Virus record (IMG/VR): IMGVR_UViG_3300037047_000246
Reading direction: 5' to 3' (one strand)
Source of the DNA: a virus
Lineage: Duplodnaviria > Caudoviricetes
DNA: 64,000 nt
Shown: positions 1 to 9,509 of the stretch, in pieces
Layout of the letters: each line of letters starts with the position of its first letter
Numbering within the stretch: position 1 is the stretch's first letter
Position numbers and translations under genes: made by a program
The notes under the pieces: model-generated
Seen by the model: the letters and a program-made list of their open reading frames with translations, nothing else
What the model was told of the DNA's origin: nothing
Database searches by the model: none

Positions 1-7
1 CAGAAAA

Positions 8-286
8 GTGGCTGGACGCATCGGCAAATCGCATACTTTCCTGAGTCAGATTGAATCAGGCTCGCACATGTCGCTCCCCTCGGACGAGACCATACTGAAA
101 ATCGCCGAGGTCCTCGGAGAGGACCCGGACGTGCTGCTCGCTGTGGCAGGAAGAGTATCCAAATCGCTGCAAGAGGTGATCATCAAACGGCCGAAGCTGT
201 TCGGCACACTTATTCGACAGCTCAAAGACGTGCCGGAGCATGCAATCCTCCGGGTGGTGAGGGAAGTCCGAGACGGAGACTGGTGA
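8..286 (+). CDS. XRE-family helix-turn-helix regulator (5' end probably outside window)
   Basis: Recognition-helix pattern 'KSHTFLSQIESG...PSDETILKIAEVLG'. The frame is open to the window edge. The C-terminus is VVREVRDGDW. Confidence 0.8.
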   Translation: MAGRIGKSHTFLSQIESGSHMSLPSDETILKIAEVLGEDPDVLLAVAGRVSKSLQEVIIKRPKLFGTLIRQLKDVPEHAILRVVREVRDGDW

Positions 287-301
287 ACAGGAGATACGAA
301 A

Positions 302-1557
302 ATGTTGGAGCTCAAAAGTGACACGCTGCAGTTTCATTTTCCGGAAATCCACCCGGAGGCGCGCGTCAGCGTCGTCTTCAATCGGACGCTCCGCATCCCG
401 GACGACGGCAGGACGTATCCTCTGCCTCCGGGCCTCGGCCGGTTCCCCATCAAGCACGTGGACGACTACAAAGACAAGGTACCCGAGAAGTGGGTCCGTC
501 ACGGCGGAGTCATGTTGCCCATGTGGCAGTCTGAGGCCATGTGGCTGCAGTTCGCTCCGCACACGCCGCACGGGCACGCGCACGCTTGGCCATTCGCCAT
601 CAAGGTTTCGACCGGCAAGCGCTCGGCCGTCACCGGCAAACCATGGTCCAAAATGCTGCGCGAAGGCGACTACTGCGTGGTCCCGGAGCAGCCCTGGCTT
701 GATGGTTACGTGGTCGAAGACGGCGTCGTTCGCCAGTTCGTCGCTGCTCCGCTCGGCATGGGCGTGACCGCCGAGGAGCAGATCACGGGCAAAGCCGAGT
801 TCGGAGGCCTGCAGATTGAAATGTTCCCAATGCTCGCCGCGGAGTTCCTGAAGCGTTGGCCGAAAATTGAGCCGCGGCGCCAAGACTTCGGCCGCAGGAT
901 CTTGCGCAAATGCTCCGCCAGCTTCGAGAGCAGCAGCTCTAGCGAAGGGCTCGGATTCGGCCCGGAGACACCCATTGGAGATTGCGAGCTGTCCGAGAGC
1001 TCCGACACCCTGGACTTCATGCCGCAGAGCTACAGCGCTGGGCCGGCTGCGGCCGCAAGCGTCAACTACTGTGCCGACGTCGACGTCAGGCTCGAATCGG
1101 CGACGTCGGCCAGTCGCGCGGCCTGACCAGAGACTGCGCGTTCAACGGCGAGGTCAAGACCTCGGGCATCATTCGGCCCGACATGGGCCTGGCGCCTGGC
1201 GGCCGCATGGCCCAGCAGGTGTTCGCCGACGCGTACGGCATGGACTGCTGGTCCCGCGATCACCACGACCGGTGCTTCGTGCATCTGTCGAATTCTCTGG
1301 CATGGAAGGCCATCACGGGCCAGGATGTACCCACCATGCCATTCACCGCGGCCGATTATAGCCGCCGCGGCTACCCGTGGTATGAAGCATACTCCGAAAT
1401 GCCATCCTTGTCTGGAACTACACATACCAAGGCACTCAAAAGTGTGGTTTCAATGGATGCATCATCGGGTGGGCCGCCGATCGTATTGGATAATGAATCA
1501 GCGCACATCAAACTCCATCAGGTAATGAAAGTGGTGCGAGACGGGAAATGGGGTTGA
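302..1557 (+). pseudogene. Conserved hypothetical protein split over two frames (302-1126 and ~1127-1557)
   Basis: ORF 302-1126 (RTLRIPDDG..YPLPPGLG.FP; QPWLDG; RQFVAAPLG) stops at 1126. The expected continuation (DMGLAPGGRMAQQVFAD...RCFVHL...PWYE) lies in the -1 frame (ORF 982-1557). Family continuity is recalled, not searched. Confidence 0.65.
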
Positions 1558-1722
1558 TTGGTGATCCGTTTTTCTGGGTTGGGCCATCCGGATCATTTGC
1601 TTCCCGTACGCAGGGTATGCCAGTGAAATAATGCTTGACGTTAGCAATTGCGGCCTCACTGCGCGTCTTAGGGTATGACTCGTAATCCATAATCACTAAG
1701 GTCACAACAAATTGAGTAAACC

Positions 1723-1956
1723 ATGATGATTTGCCACAGTTATTGCGCTAGTCACTGCTGGCACGTTTACCATGGCCTAGTGTGGATGGTCGTGCCTGCC
1801 GGGCACGTTGTAATGCAGTGCTGCAAGTGCAGCGCGATGGCGCTCGAGCGAAGTGAGCATTCGACTTGTTGCCCGCCCATTCGCCGCCAGCGCACTTGGA
1901 CGACAAGCGAGTGGAAATTCACTCCGACATCTGTGCGCAGCGGCACGTGGACGTGA
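1723..1956 (+). CDS. Small Cys/His-rich hypothetical protein
   Basis: 77-aa ORF filling the gap between genes, with CxxHC and CCxC motifs. No homology recognised. Confidence 0.35.
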   Translation: MMICHSYCASHCWHVYHGLVWMVVPAGHVVMQCCKCSAMALERSEHSTCCPPIRRQRTWTTSEWKFTPTSVRSGTWT

Positions 1957-2008
1957 GCACATCGCTGGCTGCGCAGGTGCACTGAACCTTCGATGCACCT
2001 GCCGAGGT

Positions 2009-2320
2009 ATGATCGACCCCAATACCCTGTCCGACAATTTGCGAAAACTCGCGTCTGCTATCGCCAATGCAAAATCTCCGTCCAAGTCAGCCGTTTTGGC
2101 CCATATGAGCAGAATCATTGCATCTGTGGAGTCCGGTCTGGATTTGAAGACGCAAAGGGAGATCGAGAAGCAGACAAAAGATACCGTCAAGAAGACTCAA
2201 GACGATCTCGGCAAGAAAATGGAAGACCTTGTCAAAAAGGGCGTGTCCGGGGAAGACATAACCCGGGCGGTAGGCGACGTCGAGAAGGATTTTGACGACC
2301 TAGAGCGTCAAAAACGCTGA
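2009..2320 (+). CDS. Hypothetical helical protein with an N-terminal motif shared with 47954-48388
   Basis: GAGG SD before ATG 2009. N-terminus MIDPNTLSDNLRKLASAIANAKSPSK. Confidence 0.65.
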   Translation: MIDPNTLSDNLRKLASAIANAKSPSKSAVLAHMSRIIASVESGLDLKTQREIEKQTKDTVKKTQDDLGKKMEDLVKKGVSGEDITRAVGDVEKDFDDLERQKR

Positions 2321-2445
2321 CTTGGCCCCAACACCCTCTCCTCACTGATTGCTCTATTGGCTGCACACAGAAGCTGTAAATTTGAACACAGCTGCAGTAC
2401 GGCGAACGTTCCACGTCGTTCGACTGACGCCGATAGTGAGGAAAT

Positions 2446-2826
2446 ATGGAAAACACATACAGAGAAAAGGTCATTGCCGCAGTTTTGCGCCTACACGAAG
2501 CAGGCGCCGCGTACCAGAAAGCGCAGGCTGAGCTTGACGACTTGATATTCGATGTTCGGCCAGAGAGCCCGCCTGAAAGCGGCGGCAGCGAGGTCGCCAT
2601 CAGCAATCCCAAGTTGCGAGCAGTTATTGACGCCATCAAGCCGCACGGCGCCGACGTATGGACAGCAGCAGATCTCATTCGACGGGCCAAGGTTAAGAAG
2701 CCTCAGCAGTTGTCTCATCAGCTGTCTGCGCTGCTGCGCGCTGGCGCCATCGAGAGAGTCGGAAAGAAAGTGTGGCGAGCAGTGCCTGAAACGCTGGAGA
2801 AATTCTCGCGGCGCGTTACTGATTGA
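2446..2826 (+). CDS. Hypothetical protein, possible winged-helix C-terminus
   Basis: GAGGA SD. 'WTAADLIRRAKV...LSHQLSALLRAGAIERVGKKVWR' has wHTH-like spacing. Confidence 0.6.
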   Translation: MENTYREKVIAAVLRLHEAGAAYQKAQAELDDLIFDVRPESPPESGGSEVAISNPKLRAVIDAIKPHGADVWTAADLIRRAKVKKPQQLSHQLSALLRAGAIERVGKKVWRAVPETLEKFSRRVTD

Positions 2827-3103
2827 CGCGACGCGTGAATCCTGAGGTAATCAGGCCGGTGTTGGATACCCAGTACTCTTGTCCTAGTTCCGAGTCGTGC
2901 AACAGAAGTCCGCCGTTGCGTTCGCCCGTTACCCACAACTTGGTCGATGAGGACGCGCCGCCAGGCGCGGCAGGAGGGACCCAGCCGTTGCCAACGAGAG
3001 CGTCTGCGGGGACGAAAAAAGTTTCCTTGGAATCGGCCACGGTCATGCCGTCTCGGCCGCTCTCAACTATTTGCACATGCCTGGGTACCATTCACTCTCC
3101 TCC

Positions 3104-3733
3104 TCATATGTCGTGTTGGCTCGGCATCGAAGGTCTGTCGTCATCATCGTCTACGAAATCTCCCTCGTCGCTGACTTCCGGTGGTCTAATTTGCTTGCGC
3201 CAATAAAACAACACCGTGAACACGCTCAAAGCGGCAAGCCCCAAAGAGACGCAGAAAGTCGTCAAACCAACGGTCCGAGCCGCAGCTAGGTTATCCTGAG
3301 ACAATACCACCATCGCAGCCACTGGCATCAGAAAGCATGCATGCATGAACTGATCTATACCCATGGTGAGGGTGAAACCATACGGCTTTGCGCACCATGC
3401 AGTGAAACCGCCGACAGGATTGTCTTGCATTTCTGATGGCTTACGGAAAAATCTCGCCCAAAGCCATATTGGCGTGTAGGTGTCTATGGCGCCGTGCGAC
3501 ATCATGAGCATCAGTGTGGATGTGACAGTCATATACACTGACCTGTCAAGAGCGAAGTATAGCAACGGAGCAAACATCGCAGCGTACGTCGCGCTGTGCA
3601 CCACCAGCATCCAAGTGGACTCGCTTGCCTTGCGTTTGGCCATAGAGTCAGTTTGCATTAGCCAGTCAGCAAGGAAATGCACAAACATTAGCAGGACGAA
3701 GACGCCACCGGACGCGCTAAACGAGTGAATCAT
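3104..3733 (-). CDS. DUF3307-like membrane protein
   Basis: Motifs 'HFLADWLMQ', 'VHSATY', 'SHGAID' and 'IDQFMH' with several hydrophobic helices. Start taken at ATG 3733 (alternative 3751). The longer 4507 start overlaps the endolysin on the other strand. Confidence 0.75.
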   Translation of the reverse strand: MIHSFSASGGVFVLLMFVHFLADWLMQTDSMAKRKASESTWMLVVHSATYAAMFAPLLYFALDRSVYMTVTSTLMLMMSHGAIDTYTPIWLWARFFRKPSEMQDNPVGGFTAWCAKPYGFTLTMGIDQFMHACFLMPVAAMVVLSQDNLAAARTVGLTTFCVSLGLAALSVFTVLFYWRKQIRPPEVSDEGDFVDDDDDRPSMPSQHDI

Positions 3734-3817
3734 TACAGCAGCAGCAAGCATTAAAACCTGTGTGCGCGCTTGTTTGTACAGTGTGTGTGCTTTGCCTATG
3801 CGTTTGCGAGGATTACA

Positions 3818-4924
3818 ATGGTTAAACCGGCTGATATTGGATGGGGTAGTTACAAACAGTGGGAGGGTCCGTATCACATCGGAAACATTCCGTTCATCAT
3901 GCCGAACGACCCGACAGATGACGAGAAAGTTCTGTCCGTAATCACTGCAACGGAAGGCGGATCGTACTCCGCCATCAACATGTACGACTCGTGCATACTT
4001 AGCGTTGGCCTGATTCAGTGGTGCGAAGCTCACTACCTGGTATCGGGTCTTCTCGGAACAGTGGCGGCCAGCAACCCGGCTCTGCTGGATCCGATGGGCC
4101 CCGCCTTGAAGTCTGTCAGCGCCGCGTTCAAACAGCGGCAAGACGGCAGATGGCGGTTTTTCGACAGCACAGGCGAGGTCAATACCTTGGCCAAGCAGCA
4201 AGCGCTGTTTTTGGGATGCTCTGGCACGAAAGGCGCGTGGACCGCAGAAACCAAAGCGAGAGCCAGGCTGTGGGCGGCCTGCGTGGCTTCGATCTGGGAG
4301 AATGAAGAAGCCTGCAGAATTCAGATGCGATACACAGCAGACAGGCTCAGTATGTTCCACACAAAGGAGTCTAAAGCAATCCTTTGCGGGCCAAATTCGC
4401 CGAAGCACAACGATGGGTGGGTCGGCGCCGTCCGTGCCGCTTATTTGAGCTTTGCTGCCAACTTGCCCGCCGTGGCTTCGGAACACCTTCGCTTGGCCGT
4501 CTCTCAAACCAACGCGGCTGTGTGGACCGAACCGTGGGCGATTGCTGTTTTGCGTCAGCTAACGTTTGGGCCGAAGATTGCCATATATCCGGCCCGATAC
4601 GAAAAAATCCGCCCCAAGCTTGAGTCGCTATACTCTGTGGATTTGCCTGATTTTGCGCCGGATTTGTCTGAATGGCATGCAGAAATAGAGCTGAACACGA
4701 TACCTGGCATGGCGCCAGAGTTCCTAGAGCCCAAAGAAGTGCAGGAAGAGCTCATCGCCCAAGGTTACGACCTGGGTCCAAGAAAAGCCGACGGCGTGTT
4801 TGGTCCAAAGACAAAGCAAGCTGTGCGAGATTTCCAGTTGAAACACGGCTTGTCTGAAAACGGAGTGGTCGGCATCAACACGCGCAAGGCACTGTTGGCG
4901 GAGTACGTGAAGAGGTCATCATGA
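3818..4924 (+). CDS. Endolysin: lysozyme-like N-domain plus C-terminal peptidoglycan-binding domain
   Basis: C-terminal PG_binding_1 pattern 'VQEELIAQGYDLG..ADGVFGPKTKQAVRDFQ..HGL..NGVVG.NT..AL'. N-terminal 'TEGG.YSAINMYD...SVGLIQW' resembles lysozyme-fold catalytic motifs. GAGGA SD. Confidence 0.8.
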   Translation: MVKPADIGWGSYKQWEGPYHIGNIPFIMPNDPTDDEKVLSVITATEGGSYSAINMYDSCILSVGLIQWCEAHYLVSGLLGTVAASNPALLDPMGPALKSVSAAFKQRQDGRWRFFDSTGEVNTLAKQQALFLGCSGTKGAWTAETKARARLWAACVASIWENEEACRIQMRYTADRLSMFHTKESKAILCGPNSPKHNDGWVGAVRAAYLSFAANLPAVASEHLRLAVSQTNAAVWTEPWAIAVLRQLTFGPKIAIYPARYEKIRPKLESLYSVDLPDFAPDLSEWHAEIELNTIPGMAPEFLEPKEVQEELIAQGYDLGPRKADGVFGPKTKQAVRDFQLKHGLSENGVVGINTRKALLAEYVKRSS

Positions 4925-5115
4925 CAACTCAGTCACTGACGCATCTCAACGACACGGAGCTGCTCGATCTGCTTGATCAGGTGAGCGCCGAGGTCAAGCG
5001 CCGCAACACGCTTGTGCCGTCTGAATCGGAAAGCTTCGTAGACCAAGAGGCGCTGAAGAATGCTACCGCGGCTTTTGCCCGGATGATGAAAGATGTCACA
5101 AGTCAAGGTCGCTGA
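4921..5115 (+). CDS. Small hypothetical protein coupled to the endolysin
   Basis: ATGA overlap with the endolysin stop; 64 aa, helical. Confidence 0.55.
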   Translation: MTTQSLTHLNDTELLDLLDQVSAEVKRRNTLVPSESESFVDQEALKNATAAFARMMKDVTSQGR

Positions 5116-5608
5116 TATCGCCCACAGAAGCGATTGGCTTGGGCTTGCGTTCTTCTATTTCTTCGTTGATGAGTCTCAGTACTGCTCGCAGTGAGGCTGC
5201 TGTTTCTTGAAAACAGTCCAGCCCGAGGTTGCTTTCCCAGCTGTCCTGGTGTCGCCTCAAGCAAAGATTGGCCGCGTGTATGGCTGTCGTAAGTTCAGGC
5301 GGACCTACCTGAAAATATTTGCAGTCGCTCATTTGCCTATACTCCCAGTCGCACACGTCTGTGCCGTCGTGCGGACAGTGGTAATACGGCGCATTTCTCT
5401 CAAGCGGTGCGCCGTCGCTTCGCACGCCAGGGTCAAACCTGTAACTGCCTTCTAGCTTGATCCAGCTACCCACCCGAAGCGGCGTCGGCGCATCGAACCT
5501 GAAAGCAATTTTCTCTTGTGGACATTCAACTGTCACCGCCCACGGGCCATGTCCGGTCACATAGCACACTCGGCCGACGTGAGGACCTGCTTGAAATGTT
5601 GTTTGCAT
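5096..5608 (-). CDS. Hypothetical protein
   Basis: ATG 5608 is preceded by TG-TATGTT-N6, the leaderless signature seen elsewhere in the window. Confidence 0.55.
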   Translation of the reverse strand: MQTTFQAGPHVGRVCYVTGHGPWAVTVECPQEKIAFRFDAPTPLRVGSWIKLEGSYRFDPGVRSDGAPLERNAPYYHCPHDGTDVCDWEYRQMSDCKYFQVGPPELTTAIHAANLCLRRHQDSWESNLGLDCFQETAASLRAVLRLINEEIEERKPKPIASVGDISDLDL

Positions 5609-5706
5609 ACCCAAAACATACACTGCGCAGGGTCGGCGTCGTGCCACAAACGGCCCAATCCGCAAAACGACGGCGCTTCTAATCCTCCGTAGTTTGCGAA
5701 TCAGCA

Positions 5707-5952
5707 ATGTACATACTATGGCAGCCCGAAATGGGCAAGTGTTCGCACTGTGGCAAAAGATCTCGCATTGTGCGCAGATTCACGGATGCCAGGTCCCACT
5801 CAGTTTTTTGCCATTCCTGTTGGAGTCGAGCTCAAAGAAACAGGATGGAATACGCCGTGAGCAAACATGAATGGAAAGACGACTCGGCCGTCACATTCGA
5901 ATGCGAAGTTAGTGTGAAGCACGGGTTTGCGTTGGACGTAGTGTGGCACTGA
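5707..5952 (+). CDS. Small zinc-finger-like hypothetical protein
   Basis: CSHC...CHSC double CxxC; 81 aa. Confidence 0.45.
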   Translation: MYILWQPEMGKCSHCGKRSRIVRRFTDARSHSVFCHSCWSRAQRNRMEYAVSKHEWKDDSAVTFECEVSVKHGFALDVVWH

Positions 5953-5969
5953 ATTTGGCAGTCCGGCAG

Positions 5970-6368
5970 TCAGGACTCCTGGACGTCGTTCACGAACATG
6001 CTGAGCTGAACGTCCTCTGGAATGGCAGCTACCAGGCTGCGCACCAGCTCATTCAAATCGGCGTGTCTCAAGTGGTCAAATTTTTCAGTCAAAAGAGTCC
6101 GGCAAATGTCGCCGGACTCGAGACTGAGTGTCACCCATCCGCCTGGTGGGTGACTCAGCACCATGAGCACGACAAGTGTCGCATTCGGCAAACTGAATTC
6201 CGGCAAACGGAATCTCCACTCAATCTCAAGTTCAGTACTGCTGCTGACGACCAAGGAGCACAGTTCGGACGAATTTTCACCTGGCAGCACCAACTGCCGG
6301 GTGAATGACTCCAGTTTCTCCTTCATTTGCCTCTCGACGTCATGGCGAATCATGGAAGGACCATACAT
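5970..6368 (-). CDS. Hypothetical protein
   Basis: 132-aa ORF filling the gap; start uncertain. Confidence 0.4.
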   Translation of the reverse strand: MYGPSMIRHDVERQMKEKLESFTRQLVLPGENSSELCSLVVSSSTELEIEWRFRLPEFSLPNATLVVLMVLSHPPGGWVTLSLESGDICRTLLTEKFDHLRHADLNELVRSLVAAIPEDVQLSMFVNDVQES

Positions 6369-6421
6369 GCGAATTCTTCCGGTGTAAGGTCTGTGCTGAA
6401 CCGAATCAGCACAGAGGTCGA

Positions 6422-7378
6422 ATGGCTCACTTCATGTTTTGCGTGTCTGGCTACTCCGGCACAGGCAAAGACGAATTTTGCAAATGTTTGGTGGACAAAT
6501 ACGGCGCGGTCCACACTGGGCTCGCCGACCCGGCCAAACGCCACATGGCAGACGTGTACGGGTTCACCAAGCATCAGTTGTTCGGCCCTAGCGAAGCTAG
6601 GAACTCTGGCGATCCTAGATACCCCAAGACGCGCTTGATCCATCTAGGGGGTAGGCCGGCCGATGCTGCAGAGTTACTGCCGACAAGCACAAAATCGCCA
6701 CCGTATCCTAGGCTTGGATGGTGGCTATTTGACGTGACGCCGCAGTCAGCTTCTGAGGCCGGCCTGAAGTATGTGGCGCGCGGAGACAATTCTGCAGTTT
6801 TGGCCGGAGACAGGCACCTGCCGACTCAGTATTTGGGGAGAATGCAGACGCGGGTGTTTGTGCAAGACACAGACCCTGGATTCTTTCTGTCGCCCAGGGA
6901 AGCGCTGCAGCTGTACTGCGACCTCATGAACCAACTGGACATGTTCACTTGGGTACGCGCCGGCGTAAGCACGCATCGGAAACTGGCTGAGCTGCACGTC
7001 CAGGCCCGAGGCACCCGCATGCGTAGTCCTAAGTACGCGTACGATCGCATGCTCGGACTATGCATCAACAAGCGCGGAGAGGAGTGGGAAAGGGGGCTGA
7101 CTGAAGACGTGGTCACATGCTTCTCCGATTTCAGACACCGGCACGAAATTCAGTATGTGCGCCAGGCCGAAAAAACGCACGAAGACTTCAAACCGGTCCT
7201 GATTCGAGTCAAGCGTCCAGGGGTGGAGACGCCGCCGTTCAACCATAGGTCAGAGACCGAGCAGGCCACCATTCCAGATTCAGAGTTCGACTACGTGGTG
7301 GACAATAACGACACCATTGAGAGTTTGCACAAAGTGGCTGCCCAGATCGTGGAGCAAGTGAAAGGCGTTTCCAAATGA
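6422..7378 (+). CDS. Deoxynucleoside monophosphate kinase (T4 gp1-like P-loop)
   Basis: 'VSGYSGTGKD', 'LADPAKR', 'SPREALQ', 'SDFRHRHE', 'HRSETE', 'DYVVDNNDTIESL' are typical of phage dNMP kinases. Confidence 0.85.
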   Translation: MAHFMFCVSGYSGTGKDEFCKCLVDKYGAVHTGLADPAKRHMADVYGFTKHQLFGPSEARNSGDPRYPKTRLIHLGGRPADAAELLPTSTKSPPYPRLGWWLFDVTPQSASEAGLKYVARGDNSAVLAGDRHLPTQYLGRMQTRVFVQDTDPGFFLSPREALQLYCDLMNQLDMFTWVRAGVSTHRKLAELHVQARGTRMRSPKYAYDRMLGLCINKRGEEWERGLTEDVVTCFSDFRHRHEIQYVRQAEKTHEDFKPVLIRVKRPGVETPPFNHRSETEQATIPDSEFDYVVDNNDTIESLHKVAAQIVEQVKGVSK

Positions 7379-8328
7379 AAGTGGACCAAATTCTGCAAGC
7401 GTCAGAAATCGTGTCACACGCTGGTTGCCCTGACGGCATCGGAGCAGCCATGATTTGCGCTGCTGCGTTCGTGGGTGCCGGAATGAAACCACCTCCTACG
7501 AACTTCATCCAGTACGACACAAGAGGCCACGAAGGTATGGCTGTCCACCCAAGGCAGATATTTGCAGACATTACTCCCCCCAAAAGCCGGTGGGAAGAGT
7601 GGAAAGGCCTGTCGCCTATTGTGTTGGATCACCACGAAACGGTGCAGCACATTGTGCAGGCGCTCGGCGGTCAGTACGGCGGCCCGGACGAGTCTGGGTC
7701 CACTCTTGCCTTCGATAAAATAATGATGCCGTTGGCTGGCGACAGAATCGGGAAGGCTGCACTGGAGTCGTGGCGCACATTTGCTCACTTATGCATGACG
7801 AGGGACACTTGGAAAACCGCTTCGCCCGACTGGCCGGAGGCGTGCGCTCTGGCCCAAGCTCTTCTTCTGTACGGACACAGCTGGGCCGTGTCAGTGTCTT
7901 CGTTCGGAAGTCTTCCCATGGAAGAGTTGCTTGCAGTCGGCAGGAAAATGCACGACAAGATTATTCGGCAGTCTAAAGGAGTGACCAGATCGTCAGCCAA
8001 ATACGACGTCATACTGCCGTCAGGCACCATCAAATTGGCGTTTTTCAATCATGCCAACGGCGGGTCCATGAGCGACATCGCCCACTACATGATGGACGAG
8101 ATGCCGTGCGACGCTGTGGTTGGGTACTTCTATAAGCACGACAATGGGCAAACGCAGTGCGTAATGTCTGCAAGGACAAACGGCAGTTTCTCTGCTTCGG
8201 ATCTTGCCAGGTCTTTCGGCGGCGGCGGACATGCGAAGGCAGCTGGTTTTAGGCTCGATGGGAGCGTGTCGCCAGACGATGCCATTTCAGCGGTGCTGAA
8301 ACGCATCGTGGAGCTCAATCGGGCATAG
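7375..8328 (+). CDS. DHH/DHHA1-family phosphoesterase (nanoRNase-like)
   Basis: 'SHAGCPDGIGAA', 'LDHHET', 'SARTN', 'FGGGGHAKAAGF'. ATGA overlap with the kinase. Confidence 0.85.
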   Translation: MKVDQILQASEIVSHAGCPDGIGAAMICAAAFVGAGMKPPPTNFIQYDTRGHEGMAVHPRQIFADITPPKSRWEEWKGLSPIVLDHHETVQHIVQALGGQYGGPDESGSTLAFDKIMMPLAGDRIGKAALESWRTFAHLCMTRDTWKTASPDWPEACALAQALLLYGHSWAVSVSSFGSLPMEELLAVGRKMHDKIIRQSKGVTRSSAKYDVILPSGTIKLAFFNHANGGSMSDIAHYMMDEMPCDAVVGYFYKHDNGQTQCVMSARTNGSFSASDLARSFGGGGHAKAAGFRLDGSVSPDDAISAVLKRIVELNRA

Positions 8329-8351
8329 ACTCCTTGTCTGCTTGCGGTTTC

Positions 8352-9101
8352 ATGCGTTGCAGACTTGCACTAACTACTGTAGACGACATCCTGAAACTCA
8401 TTGGGCGACGGGATGAATACGACACGCGCGTGCTGGAAGACGGAACGCTGGAAGTAGATGCGTACCCGTACCTCATTAGCATGAAGCAAAACACCCCAAT
8501 ATTTCACTGGACGGTGGAGGCTGTACAAGACTCATCCGACCGTGACGAGGGGTACTCGAGCAGCCCGACAGAAGACATCATAGAGTTCGTCAAGGGAGAG
8601 GTGCCAGGCGGACAGTTCATGGACAGGTTTGTGACCTCTGCGCTTCTTCGCATCGCGAAAGCCGTGATGTCCGCAGAGTGCAATCCTGACGATGCAGCGC
8701 TAGCGCTTCGGCGCTTGGCCGCTCGAATTTTGCATCTCGGAACCGCGGAGTCTGTGCTGCTTACGCTGCACAAGATGGAGCTTGGTCAGTTGGCCGGAAA
8801 GATGACCAAAAACGGCTGGCGGATTCAGGAGTTCAAAGACGACAGCGGTTTGCCGGCGCTAGAGTACGAGATTGGCGAAATGTACTTCGGCAAGATAATG
8901 CTGCACGATGTCATGTACGACTACAAATTTGTCGTGCACGGCTCCCCGAACGTCACAGCGTCAGGCACGACGAACGACCTGGAAGCTGAATTCAAGAAAT
9001 GGTCGAAAAGCGACGCCGTGGATGAGGCAAGAGAGAACGCCCCGGACTCGCCGGACGCGGACACTCTGCCGCCCGACGGTGGTCAGACTAAGCGTCCGTA
9101 A
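8352..9101 (+). CDS. Hypothetical acidic protein
   Basis: Long ORF with an internal 'NPDDAALALRRLAARI' motif. Confidence 0.65.
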   Translation: MRCRLALTTVDDILKLIGRRDEYDTRVLEDGTLEVDAYPYLISMKQNTPIFHWTVEAVQDSSDRDEGYSSSPTEDIIEFVKGEVPGGQFMDRFVTSALLRIAKAVMSAECNPDDAALALRRLAARILHLGTAESVLLTLHKMELGQLAGKMTKNGWRIQEFKDDSGLPALEYEIGEMYFGKIMLHDVMYDYKFVVHGSPNVTASGTTNDLEAEFKKWSKSDAVDEARENAPDSPDADTLPPDGGQTKRP

Positions 9102-9130
9102 ATCTCTACGCAGCAAACGTACTCTTGCCT

Positions 9131-9505
9131 ATGGCGTACGAGCTGGAACCGTATCCCTCGAAGATTCAAGACGGCATGCTGCACATGTCTCTGGGGACAG
9201 ATAGCAAAGACGTGTCCGCAAGGCTCCGTCGACTGATCATCCGTCGCGTGGCGGACGACAACCCGGGATCCATGGCTGGGATCTTCAGGGCAGCCCGTAT
9301 GTGCTTTGAGCTTGAAAGAGACATGGCCGTTAGCGGAGCGACACTGGAAGACGTCGCGCTTCTGTACGAAATGGTGCTGGACGAGGTCACGGAAAGACTA
9401 TTTAAAACTCTCAACACATACAAGTCCAGGGTGACCGCGAGCAGCGTTGATCCTGCCACGGCCCACGCTGCCGCCATGAGTGTTATGTCCGTAATGACGT
9501 CGTGA
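9131..9505 (+). CDS. Hypothetical protein
   Basis: ATG 9131 is preceded by G-TACTCT-N5. Confidence 0.6.
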   Translation: MAYELEPYPSKIQDGMLHMSLGTDSKDVSARLRRLIIRRVADDNPGSMAGIFRAARMCFELERDMAVSGATLEDVALLYEMVLDEVTERLFKTLNTYKSRVTASSVDPATAHAAAMSVMSVMTS

Positions 9506-9509
9506 CGGC

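Noticed and set aside
3734-4507. Long N-terminal extension of the DUF3307-like ORF
   Set aside because: It lies antisense to the well-supported endolysin. The family motifs start only after ~3733.
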